A stretch of DNA of 64,000 nucleotides, from NCBI RefSeq assembly GCF_030028105.1, contig NC_092392.1:23018613-23082612 (forward strand), written 5' to 3'. The notes below the pieces were generated by a model that ran no database searches, was not told the DNA's origin, and was given only the letters and a program-made list of their open reading frames with translations. Of this stretch, positions 26,301 to 37,417 are shown piece by piece (the stretch's first letter is position 1; each line of letters starts with the position of its first letter). This DNA is from Mobula birostris. Lineage: Eukaryota. The position numbers and the translations under genes were made by a program.

Positions 26301-27834
26301 ATTTAGAAAGGCTCCAGTTAATAATAGTTCTATAAGCGAAGACAGGCAAAAACCTGTGACAATACAGGTTTGATTGCCTCCTCCCACAGTCCTTCTCATT
26401 GTTTTCCTTTCTTCTTCTCACTTTCCTGGCTAGTTGTGGTTTGAGGGGTGGATGTCCATCTAATGTAACAGCCTTCTCTCCATGGTTGGGCTTCTTTTCT
26501 TCCTAACTGGACATGGAGATGACAGGCAACACAGAGTTTGAAGTGTCGAAGTGCCTTTGTATGTCATTTGTTCACACACTCAAACCTTTCCAAATTTAGT
26601 CATTCCATTCTGCTTGCCTAGACTCCACCCTCTAGTGGTCCCTTCCTCCAACACTCTGCCTTTCTACATGTACTTACTCCTTTGAGATATTCATTCAAAG
26701 GAATCAAGTACTAGTTTAATTGCTTTGAATGATTCAAAGTAATCAATCTAGTACTTGATTAATCTGAACAAGTATCTTAAAGGAGTAAATAGGATATTTA
26801 TTTACTGAAACACAATCCAGGCCCCCTGTTTGTGGAAAAAAAACGAGGTCTGGATTGTGCCGAGTGGAAGGTGTCAAAACATTCAGCATTTTTCACGGAC
26901 ACCAGACTACATGAGATGAGACGTTCTTGGATTTCTCTGAATTGTACTGGACAATTCATCTGTCTGCTTCCAGTCCTGATGCAGGAACTCAACCCAAAAC
27001 ATAAACCATTCCTTTGCTTCCAGAGATGCTGCCTTGCCAGGTAGATAATTGAGTTTTTTATCATTCCACCCACTTATAACATTTTAACATTACATTTATT
27101 GTTTGGCATTGTTTACTATACCTCTCAAGCAGCCTAAGATGACTTCTGTCCTTCCCCCTCAGGGGCAGAGATTATAAAGATCATCCTTTATTTATCACCA
27201 TCATCTAAAACATGACTCTTTTAATCAAGGTACTAATTGTCACTATTCTGCACAAGGGATGGTTCTTTACATCAACAACAAAAAATTCTCCATCCAATTT
27301 TCCTCTGATCTCTTCTGAAGATATTATCTCTTTCTGGCTTGTACTTGAAGAAATAGCCACTAACTAATTAGTCTTTCTTTCTGTGATCACCTGCAAGACG
27401 TTTGCTAGCATCAACCTTGTGATTGTGAAGGGCATTATAGCTGATTTCTAACATGGTTCCTCTCATACATTATGATTAGCCACTAGGGACATGATATCTG
27501 GGTGACTATTTCCTCTCTTCAACTTTTGTATTTCTTCTAAGGGTGAGATCATCTGATGAAGCATTTGTAATGTTGCTTTGTTATGTCTTTGGCAAGTTGT
27601 TGAGTCAATTTTAAGGACACAGTGAAATTCCATTTTAAGGCTGTGAATATATGTGGTAGATTTCAAGGCATAAAGTAACAGTATGGTGGACTCTATTTTA
27701 CTAAGTAGCTTCGTGCATGGCTGATCACAAATGTCGTGGTTAATCTAGTTCAAACAACAAGGACCAAGGATCAAGTCTAAGGTCTTCATGGCCTATGATC
27801 CACCTCACTCTGAGCAACTCATAACTCAAGTTCT

Positions 27835-28065
27835 GAGAACATAATGTAACATAAGAAATAGGAACAGGAGTCAGCCATGTGGCTTGTCAAGCCTGCTCTG
27901 CTATTCAATAAGGTCATTGTTGATGGGTCTTGGACTCATCTCCACCCACCTACCTTTCCCTATAACCCTTAACTCCACTGCTATGTAAAATTCTATTGAA
28001 CTGTGTCTTAACGATATTTAATGAGGTTGCCTTGGCTGCTTCCCTGGGCAGAGAAATTCACAGAG
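27835..28065 (-). mobile_element. CR1 3' end
   Basis: ACATAAGAAATAGGAACAGGAG...CCCTGGGCAGAGAAATTCACAGA, reversed CR1 3' UTR. Confidence 0.7.
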
Positions 28066-28459
28066 GACTTGCTTGTGATGAAATATTTTGCAAGCTTCAA
28101 CCAGATTTGCCTTGCAAGAAGACGGTTGTGAAGTAGATAATTTAAATGCATTACCGAAGCAACACTCTGCCATCAGAGGGAACCAAGCCATGAACACCAT
28201 CTCACAATTTTTATTCTCTTTTATCACTACTTATTTAATTTAAAATTTATATAATTATATATATTTCATATTTTAATTTAAAGTATCTTATTTGTTCCTC
28301 TGAACTGCTGCAAAAAACCAACAAATTTCATGACATATGTCAATGATATTAAAACTGATTCTGAATTCTAAGAATCAATTTGATACGCAAAGCAATATTC
28401 ACATGTTGATTCCTTAAGCCACTGTAAAAACAGAATGGTTCAGCCTGTTAAATTGCTCG

Positions 28460-28560
28460 GGCAACACACACAAAATGCTGGAGGAGATCAGCAGGCCCGG
28501 CAGCCTCGATGGAAAGGAATAAACGGTCAATATTTTGGGCCAAGACCCTTCATCAGGACT
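28460..28560 (-). mobile_element. Penelope terminal fragment with degenerate hammerhead
   Basis: Minus strand AGTC CTGATGA AGGGTCTTGGCCC AAAA (GAAA mutated). Confidence 0.7.
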
Positions 28561-28634
28561 CGCATCCTGATTTTGTAATTTCATGTGGAATTATTATATT
28601 CTTAAGGAAATTGATAAGCTGGATGACACTGCAA

Positions 28635-29200
28635 ATTGGTAAATTAGTTTATTGTTGCCAAGTGTACTGTGGTACAGTGTAAAACATGCCTTGCATACTG
28701 TCTGTACAAATCAATTCATTACACACTACATTGAGGTCATACAATGTAAAACAATAACAGAGTGCAGAATAAACTGCTACAGGCTCTGGGAAAGTGGTGC
28801 ACAGGTGGAAAATAAGGTGCAAGATCAAATCAAGGTAGCTTGAGATGTCAAGGGTCCATCTTTTTGTAATAGGGAATTGTTCTATAGTCATAACAGTGAT
28901 CTTGAAGCTGACCTTGAACCTGGTGGCATGTGCTTTCAGGCTTTTTGTATTTCTGCTCAAGAAGAGAGAATGTCTGGGCTGGAAGGGGTTTTCAATTATG
29001 GTGGCTGCTTTATTGAGGCAGCAAGAAGTGAACAGAGTCCATGGAGAGGAAGGCTGTTTTCTGCGATGTCCACAGCCCTGCAGTTTATTGCAATCATCAG
29101 CTGACTAGTTGCCATACCAAGCCAAAATGCATAGATGCCCTCAACTGTACATCAATGAAAATTAGAAAGGTACAACAATAACATACCAAATTTCTTAACA
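28635..29200 (-). mobile_element. Rex/Babar-like LINE 3' end
   Basis: Minus ORF KSLKAHATRFKVSF; same 3' UTR as other copies. Confidence 0.7.
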
Positions 29201-29374
29201 CAGCATGTTTCATGCTTAAGGTCACATACAGTCAAGGAACACAAAGTAGGAAAAATTAACATCAATTTTGTTATATCTGTAAATCACCGCCATGAGACAT
29301 TATGTCAAATTACATAATCAAAGATATAGGTTGTAAGTGCTATTTTAAAGCACCACTTGAAGAAACAAAGAGAG

Positions 29375-29590
29375 GTGGAATGGCATGGTAACGCAGCAGT
29401 TAGAGTACCGCTACAGTAACCACTGTCTGTAAGGAGTTAATATGTTCTCCGGGTGATCATGTTTCATCTGGGTGCTCTGGTTTCCTCCCACATTCCAAAG
29501 ACATACAGGTTAATTCGTCACATGAGTGTAATTGGGCGTCGGGAGCTCTTTGGGCTAGAAGGGCCTTTTACCATACTGCATCTTTAAATT
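29375..29590 (+). mobile_element. V-SINE/HE1-like SINE
   Basis: TGGCATGGTAACGCAGCAGTTAG head; GTAAGGAGTT...GGGTGCTCTGGTTTCCTCCCACATTCCAAAGAC. Confidence 0.7.
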
Positions 29591-30128
29591 TAAAAGTTAA
29601 AAATAAATAAAAAGTCAGTTGGGAAGTAAGTCCAGATTTTAAGGAGCAGAATAAATCAAGAAAGTTGTTTTCTTGATATGGCGAGGGATTCTAGATTTGG
29701 TAAGGAGACTTTAGCAAGATGCACTTCAATATTTTGACCTTGTTAAAGCTTTGTGGAGATGAATAACAGGCCAGGTTTGCAAGATCACGAGCTGCTTGCA
29801 TAGTTATAGGATAAGAGATGGATTTCAAGGAGGAATTTCAAAGCAAGGATCAGAATTTACAATCTGAGAATATGCTAAACCAAGTCAAGATTGAACAACA
29901 AGAATCAAAGCAAATATATAATGCATATTAGAAAGCAGAGTATTGGTTGTCATCACACTTATAGGAATTAGAGCAAGGCAGGCTGCCCTGGATTGCACTG
30001 GAATTGACAACATAGAAACTTCAACAAGAAGCAGAATGAGGATTACAGCACCAGATGAAGTGAGGAAGGGGCAGTGTTGGACAATGATCTGATGGTGGAA
30101 TTTGGTGGTCTGTTATATATAAACTCAG

Positions 30129-30699
30129 TAACTCAGTGGCCACTTTATTAGGTACCTCTTGTACCTATGAAAGTGATGACAGAGTGTCTATTCTTGGTCT
30201 TCTGCTGCTGTAGCCCAATCACTTCAAGGCTTGACATGGTGTGCATTCAGAGATGCTCTTCTCCAGACCACTGTTGTAACGCACGGTTACTTGAGTTACT
30301 GTTGCCCTTCTGTCAGCTTGAAACAGTCTAGGCGTTCTCCTCTGTCCTCTCTGACTAACAAGGCATTTACGCCCGCAGAAATGCCAGTTGTTGCTTGATT
30401 TTTATTTTGTTCTGTGTTTTTTTTTTTCTCTAGGGACTGCTGTGCATGAAAATCTCAGGAGATCAACAGTTTCTAGATACTCAAATCACTCTATTTGGCT
30501 CCAGCAATCATTCCATGGTCAAAATCACTTAGATTACATTTAGTCCCCATTCTGATGTTTGGTCTGAACAACAACTGAACCTCTTGACCATGTCTGCATG
30601 CTTTTATGTATTAAGTTGCTACCACATAATTGGCTGATTAGATACTTGCACGAATAAGTAACTGCAGAGGTGTACGTAATGAAGTAGCCACTGAGTGTA
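30129..30699 (-). mobile_element. Non-autonomous Tc1-derived element (complete copy)
   Basis: TIRs at both ends with terminal TA, plus an extra inverted TIR at 30160-30187. Confidence 0.9.
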
Positions 30700-31479
30700 T
30701 ACCTTAATTAAAAGGGTGATCTGGTTCTCAAAATTCATATTTTTATACATGGATATCAATATATCTAAATTACTAATGTTGGTTAGATTATAAGAAGCTT
30801 GACTCCATTTGAAGTTCCTCTTGTTATCTGTAAACAACCTAACTGTAATGAAATTGAACACTATAACTTTAAGTGCTGTACTCTGTAACCTCTGATATGC
30901 CTTGTCTTAGAAAGACATAAACTTCATTGAATTGGCTCAAAAACCTTTAAAGAAAAGAGATCAAAGGCTAACAAAACTTGGAGAGTGAACTTATTAAAAA
31001 AAACACAATCTCAGAGACTAGAACATTTCAGAAGTGCCCCAGTGAGGTTAATAAATTTGATGCAATATTTATAAAGATAATTTAATACATAATTATAATG
31101 ACAGCCCATGACACAACACTATCAGGCACAGGTCACACTTATTGCTCTGCAGGTTCATTTTAATCATCTATAGAGCTGAAAGCTAATATTCAGGACATTC
31201 AAAACTTCCCAACCATGAAAAAACAGCCTGGCTTTCATTTAATAACAAGAGTCTTGGCGAAATGAGTAATATTTATTCAGAACATCCAGGCAGTTCTCTC
31301 TGAACAGCAAATTTTGGTGAACCATAAGTACGAGGGAAGAGGGCAGAAGGAAGAGTAGTGACCATAGTCTCTTGAGAGGACCCTTCACCACTCAATTGCA
31401 TTAATATTTATTTAGGGATAAATCCTCAAATTAAGCGCCTCTCAGGAGATAGTGAGTCACCTGGGAATATACTTGTGGG

Positions 31480-31855
31480 AGTTCTGAAGAGTGAGAGGGA
31501 TTATAAAGAAACAGATAAAGTTATGAAAGGGATACATAAGATAGAGGCAAAAAAATGTGTTTCCACTGGTAAGTGATATTAGAACTAAGAAATATAGCAT
31601 CCAGATTCCGGGGAGTAAATGTAGGAAGGAGATGAGCAAAAACTGCTGTTCCCCGAGAATAGTGAACCTGTGGAATTCTCTACCAAGGGAGGCAGTAGAG
31701 TTTACCTCATTAAATACATTTAAGGCACTGCTAGATAGATTTTTGCATTGGAGAGGAATTAAGGACTAAGGCAGGCATAAGATCAGCCATGATCTTATTG
31801 AATGGTGGAGGAGGCTTGAAAGGCCAGATGGTCTATTCCTGCTCCTATGTTCTTC
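31480..31855 (+). mobile_element. CR1 3' end
   Basis: ORF RIVNLWNSLPREAVE...FKALLDRFL. Confidence 0.85.
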
Positions 31856-32219
31856 TGAACTACAGGACAAGACAATTTGGAGGAAAACAGATTCTGAGCC
31901 TGGAAATTTTATTTTAATCCATTCACAGTAAGGTCAGTGATCATTGTCCATTCCTACCTTATCACTGACTTTGCCAGCACTGATTTGTTCATTCCTGCTT
32001 GTCTCTTGTACTGAGCGGTCTGCATGCCAGTTCAGACATTGTTTGAATGTTAGCCCCCACATCTGATGTGACTTGGACTCAAGTGCGTCTGTGTGGTACT
32101 TCCATATTTTCCATGTGATCACATGGCTTTCTTCCAGCATTCTGGATTCCTCCCACATCCAAAAGATGTGCAGGTTTGTATATTGATTGGCCACTGTAAA
32201 TTGTCCTGAGTGGTACAAT

Positions 32220-32780
32220 AGATAGAGACATTATTGATCCCAAAAGGAAATTGTAGCATTACAAGTGAACAGATATACAAATATACAAATATTTAAAGGG
32301 AAGTAAGAAAGAATAAAAAATAAATTACTCCAAACAGTCTAATAGGAGGGAGACATCACTTCCCCTAGCTATAAGTTGACTCATCACAGAGCCTAATGGC
32401 TGAGAGTAAGAATGACCTCATATAGCGCTCTTTGAAGCAATGCCATTGTCTTAGTCTATTACTAAAAGTGTTCCTCTGTTCAGCCAAGGTGGCAGGCAGA
32501 GAGTGAGAAACACTGTCCAGATGTGCCAGGATTTTCTGTAGGGTCCTTTGTTCTACCACAGCCTCTAGTATGTCTAGTCTGACTCCTAGAACAGAGCCAG
32601 CTTTTCCAATCAGTTTATTGAGCCTCTTGGCAACACTAGTGTTGATGCCATTGTCCTAGCACATCACCGCGTAGAAGGTTGTACTGGTGACAACAGACTG
32701 GCAGAACATGTGAAGGAGAGGCCTGAATACTCCAGAGGACCTCAGTCTCCTGAGGAAGTAGAGACAATGCTGGCCCTTCT
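32220..32780 (-). mobile_element. Rex/Babar-like LINE 3' end (second subfamily)
   Basis: Minus ORF SHSLPATLAEQRNTFSNRLRQ...ERYMRSFLLSAIRL. Confidence 0.75.
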
Positions 32781-33024
32781 TGGAGTGTAATGTGAATGTG
32801 GGAAGAATAGAATGGATGTAGGATTAGCATAAACAATGGTTGACGATAGATGTGGACTCAATGGGCTGAGGAGCCTCTGTTTCTACACTGCTCCTCTTTA
32901 TGCGTCATTGTCTTATCAGCACCTCTGATGCGTATGAAATCCAGTATTTCCTCTCTCAGAGCTCCGTGGACAAACTCTCCAGCAAGTACCAGCAGACTTG
33001 GTAAACAAACTAATTTAATGAAAC

Positions 33025-33377
33025 CTAACAAATATTGATAAGCCTAGATAGAGTGGACATGGAGACGATATTTCCTATTGAGGGAGAGTCTAGGACCAGA
33101 GGGCACAGCCTCAGAATAGCAGGACGTCCCTTTAGAACAGAAATGAGGATGAATTTATTTAGCCAGAAGATGGTAAATTTGGAATTCATTGCCACAGATA
33201 GCTGTGAAGGCCATGCCATTGCCTGTATTTAAAGCAGAGAACGATATCTTCTTGATTAGTAAGGGTGTCAGAAAAATGGGGTTGAGAGGGATAATAAATC
33301 AGTCATAATGGAATAATAGAGCAGACTCAATATACTAACTGACCTAATTCTGCTCCTATGCTTTATGTTCTTATGGT
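33025..33377 (+). mobile_element. CR1 3' end
   Basis: LDRVDMETIFPIEGESRTRGHSLRIAGRPFRTEMR; tail CTTATGGT. Confidence 0.85.
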
Positions 33378-33689
33378 AGCAACAAAACCTGCAACTGAGG
33401 CAACAAGAGAAAGGAGATTATCAGCGCCCACACTGCATTTCTTCGTTTTTTTTTGCTTTGAGCTCACCAGGAAAAACTATATCAAGACGTTCATCACCAT
33501 GGTCTCAGGGTTTTGGACATAAAACACCAAACCTCTTTCTTTTTCTACAGGTGCTGACTCACATGCTGAACCTTTCCAGCATTTTCAGCATCTGCAGGTT
33601 CATTGTGATGCTCACTTACTGCCAGACTTTGGCACTCCAGGTTGCCTGTAAGATAAGGTCATTAGTGTCAGATGGTTCCTTAAGGTTGT

Positions 33690-34720
33690 TATAATAGTGG
33701 GGTGGTAGTAAGGATAAGCTTTGATTACCTATTAAATACTCTCTAAGGCATGTATCTTAGATAGCCTCTGACAATGAAATGCAGATCTTGGTCTTCACAT
33801 TGTGACTTAGTTACTAAGTCTTGTGAAATCGTTTCTACTGACAGAAGATTGGACGAAGGAGGATTATGAGTGCCTTATAATCCGTGGCTTCGGGTGGATG
33901 GGACTCATCAGCCATGGTTGGAAACTTACCTCGGAGAAGATAAAATTCTGAGCTCAAACCTCCACTGCCTCACAGGGAAGGCTTCAAGAGTAAACCCCGA
34001 ACAGAGATCCAGAGCTGGAATCTCCAAGGCACCCCTACGTTGAGTTCAATGTTGACTGTCAACTCCTGCAACGCCAATGCTGTGAGCTTGCAGCGTGAGC
34101 AGCAATTTGCTCTCCATATTGTACTGCCTTACTCGCCTACTGGCTTGCATACCATATAGAGAGCAGGAATGCAAAATCAATAGTTGACACTGACCAAAGG
34201 AAGACCTTGAGTGGCAGATGGGAAATTGTATAGTTGTAATAATGACGTGGTCGAGTGGCCGGCGACTTGGGCCGGCACCCCAAAGGACTTAGTCTGGTGA
34301 GGAGGGTGTGAGAACACCCAGCAGGGCTAAAAAAAAACAAGACCTGACAAAGGATGGATGAGCTCCTTGTGAGCCAACGGCCATCGTCCGTGGAAGAAAT
34401 TAAAGCCTCACCACGTATCTACGAATCGTATGCTATGCACCTAGTTAGAAGAGACATGATGAACTTGGGCGCTGCACCGTGTGCCTGGACCTGCCCAAGG
34501 CCTCCGCCTAAGGAAGGGCCGAGCTCGAAGAAGCGGCCGTGGCTGGAGGCCGACATGGCCTCAGGCTCGAGTTCGGCGGGGGCAGTGGTGGGCAGTGCCA
34601 AGGCGGCCAGCGAGAACAAACTAGAGGAGAGGCTGTACTCGGTGCTGTCGCAAGATCGAAGAAGAAGGAGGTGCATAGCCGCCAACCCTGGATTCGGGAC
34701 GGCACCCACTGACTGACTGA
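33690..34720 (+). mobile_element. Probable RTE-derived non-autonomous element (5' UTR-like part plus short ORF 3' end)
   Basis: 3' end reads VRRDMMNLG/QDRRRRRCIAANP, like RTE C-termini, followed by an (ACTG)n tail at about 34709-34720; hosts the 178-bp insert; 5' boundary uncertain. Confidence 0.55.
34471..34648 (+). pseudogene. ZFTRAF1: Circularly permuted 178-bp fragment of ZFTRAF1/CYHR1 5' coding sequence
   Basis: 34507-34648 encodes [14 protein letters not shown]...[12 protein letters not shown] plus T; 34471-34506 is GC plus [11 protein letters not shown] plus G; joining end to start restores [22 protein letters not shown], which I recognise from vertebrate ZFTRAF1/CYHR1. Confidence 0.88.
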
Positions 34721-34903
34721 TTGAATAATATAATAGATGAGTAACTAGGCAAACACTCAGAGACATCAACTGAAGATCAATGTTCAAAATCCCAGGAGTT
34801 TAAATTTAGTTAATTTAATAAATCTCATGACATTAAAATACTACTAGCAATGGTGAGCGTGAAAATCCTGAATTATTATTAGCACCCAATATCTTCATTA
34901 ATA

Positions 34904-37417
34904 GTAGCATTAGTGCGACCACCTGAGTTGAGTATGATATTTTTGCTGACCAGTTGTCTATTGGTGAGTCCTTAAGTGGCTGTAAAGGCCGATCAGGGAT
35001 TCACATATTCTAGTGCAGTGCGGAAACAAGTGGTGGATGCGGTTAGTGCTGGACCCTTTGGTTGCTCATTCTCTCCTTTTGCAGCTGCCACAAAGTGGAG
35101 GTCTCCATCGTGCAGCGCAGCTCCCTCTTGAATAGATTTCCTCCAGCTGTTTCTATTGAATGCAACGTCTTCAATTTTTAGTTTTTAGATGTAATGTTGA
35201 ATTTCTTCAGGCTGATTTTGACATTATCTTTGAAGTGTTCCCTTTGCCCACCAGGGGCTGCCTGACCTTCCTTCAACTGGGAGTAAAGGATATGTCTGGG
35301 AGAAGTGAGTTAGGCATCTGACTGGCATGACTGGCCCATCAGAGTTGGAGATGTAGTACCACGACAGAGCAACTGTAGGTCTCCACCAGTATGCTGGTGT
35401 TAGTGTGTCTGTCCTTCCAGTTGAAAGTGTTTAGTAAGGTTCTTTGATAGTATTGTTCGAGGATTTTCATGTGTTTACTGTAGGCGGTCCATGATTCAGC
35501 TCCATACAGTAATGCAGGAAAAATATAGAACAAATGTTTTATTTGGACCTGTAGGTCATGGTCTTCAAAAACTCGTTTGCTTAATCTTGCATAGGGTGTA
35601 CCAGCACTCCTTAAGCAGTGGTTGATCTCTGAGTTGATGTCTGCTTTTGAGGAGGGAATGCTGTTAAGGTAGGGTAAGTGGACTAACTTTTCAATGACAA
35701 TATCATCAACTTTTATAAAGTGCTGGACAAACGGCTGTTTGGGTGGTGGCTGATATAGAACATGTGACTTTTTATATTCAAAATAAGACCCGAGATGTAA
35801 TACATACAAATGCTGGTCTGGCCAGGCAGTATCTATAGAAAAGAGTTTCCTGATGAAGGGTCTTGTCTCGAAAAGTCAATTGCTTACTTTTTTCCATCGA
35901 TGTTGCCTGGCCTGCTGAGTTCCTTCAGCATTTTGTGTGTATTACTTTGATTGCCCACATCCGCAGTTTTTCTCTTGTTTATGTTTCTCTTGTTTGTTTG
36001 TTTGTTTTTCTTTTTTTCTTTCTATATTACCATGTATTGCCTTGTACTGCTGCTGCTAACTTAACAAATTCCAAGAAACATGCCGGTGATAATAAACCTG
36101 ATTCTGATTCTGAAGACCCTATATGCCTTGGCAAAGCATTCAGAACACATTGGAGGTCTCCTTCAGAGTGTGCTGTGATGATGTTGTCATCTGCATACTG
36201 AAGCTCCATGATAGTAAAAGCCCGTTTTCCATTCTACACACGATTGGGATCCCCTGTGGTAGGTTTTGACCGATGAGGTGAAGGGTGGCAGCAATAAAGA
36301 TGGCAAATGATGGGCACAATGACACAGCCCTGTTTGACTCCTGTCTTCACAGTGTAGGGGTCTGATTCAGCATCACTGTTGCCGAGTACCGTGGCTAACA
36401 TGCCATCAGGCAGCAGTCTCAATATTCGTAAATATAGGTACTTGCCGGGGCAGCCATTTCTTGATAGTATACTCCAGAGATCTTGGCAGTTTACCGCGTC
36501 AAATGCCTTTGTCAAATCTATGAAAGCTAAGTACAAAGGTTTTCTTTGCTCATGACATTTTTGTGAAGATCATGTCTGTTGCACCTCTGGGTGGATGGAA
36601 ACCACATTGTGGTTCAAGGAGTACTTCTTTAGGTAGCAGAAGGAGTTGGTTGACAAGGATAGGTGCAACCTATTTGCCCTTTGTTAACAGGAGGGAGTTG
36701 CCTCTGTAATTGCCACAATCTGCCTAGTCTTCCTTCTTGAATATGGTCACTGTTAGAGCGCCCCTGATCTCTGAGGGCAGTTGCTCTTTTTTGCAAACCT
36801 TCAGGATCAAGACATGCATGTGGTGCAGGAGTGCTCATTCTCCTTCCTTAAGGGTCTCTGCTGGGATCTCATCAGGACCAGTGGCTCTGTTGTTTTCCAG
36901 GCTCCTGATGGCATCATGGACCTCTTTCATATTGGGAGGTTCACCCATCTCTTCTTTCACAGATCTCCGAAGGATTTGGTTAGTAACCTCTGGTTCAGCA
37001 GTGCTGTTCTGGTTAAGAAGTTCTTGAAACTGCTCTGTCCAACAATTGTTGATATCCCTCCAATCCTTTAGCAAGTTCTTCCCATCCTTTGAGCACATGG
37101 GGCTTAAGCTGAAGTAACTTAGACCACAGACTGCTTTGGTTGGCCTGAAAAGGCCTCTCATGAAACCAGAGTCAGCCAGCCTCTGGATTTTCAGAGCTTT
37201 CTGAATCCAAAAATAATTCTTTAACTCCCTCACCCTGCCAATGTTATTCTACCAGTAACAAAAGGCTTCCCTTGTCTTGGAGATAAGTTGCTCTACCTCA
37301 TGTCATTATTATCAAACCAATCCTGATGTTTTATGGACTTGCACCCAAGGATGTTTTTGCAAGTATCGAGGATAGTGAATTTAAGCAGACCCAAGTGTAC
37401 TGATATCCTTAATTCTT
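34904..37417 (-). mobile_element. 5'-truncated RTE-clade LINE with 10-bp TSD
   Basis: RATGPDEIPAE, AFIDLTKAFDAV, GVKQGCVI, LQYADD, LLYGAESWT and a C-terminal CPHC...GLYSHLRTH motif; TSD TTCATTAATA at 34894-34903 and 37418-37427; appears to sit within an old SINE; nested inserts at about 35765-36112. Confidence 0.92.
35798..35980. mobile_element. Penelope-derived fold-back fragment with hammerhead core
   Basis: Inverted arm, then CTGATGAAGGGTCTTGTCTCGAAA, then the direct arm. Confidence 0.65.

Noticed and set aside
34354-34716. 120-aa ORF as the real ZFTRAF1/CYHR1 gene exon
   Set aside because: The segments are out of order, the RING-start residues are in another frame, there is no splice donor or downstream exon, and the flanks are retroelement sequence.
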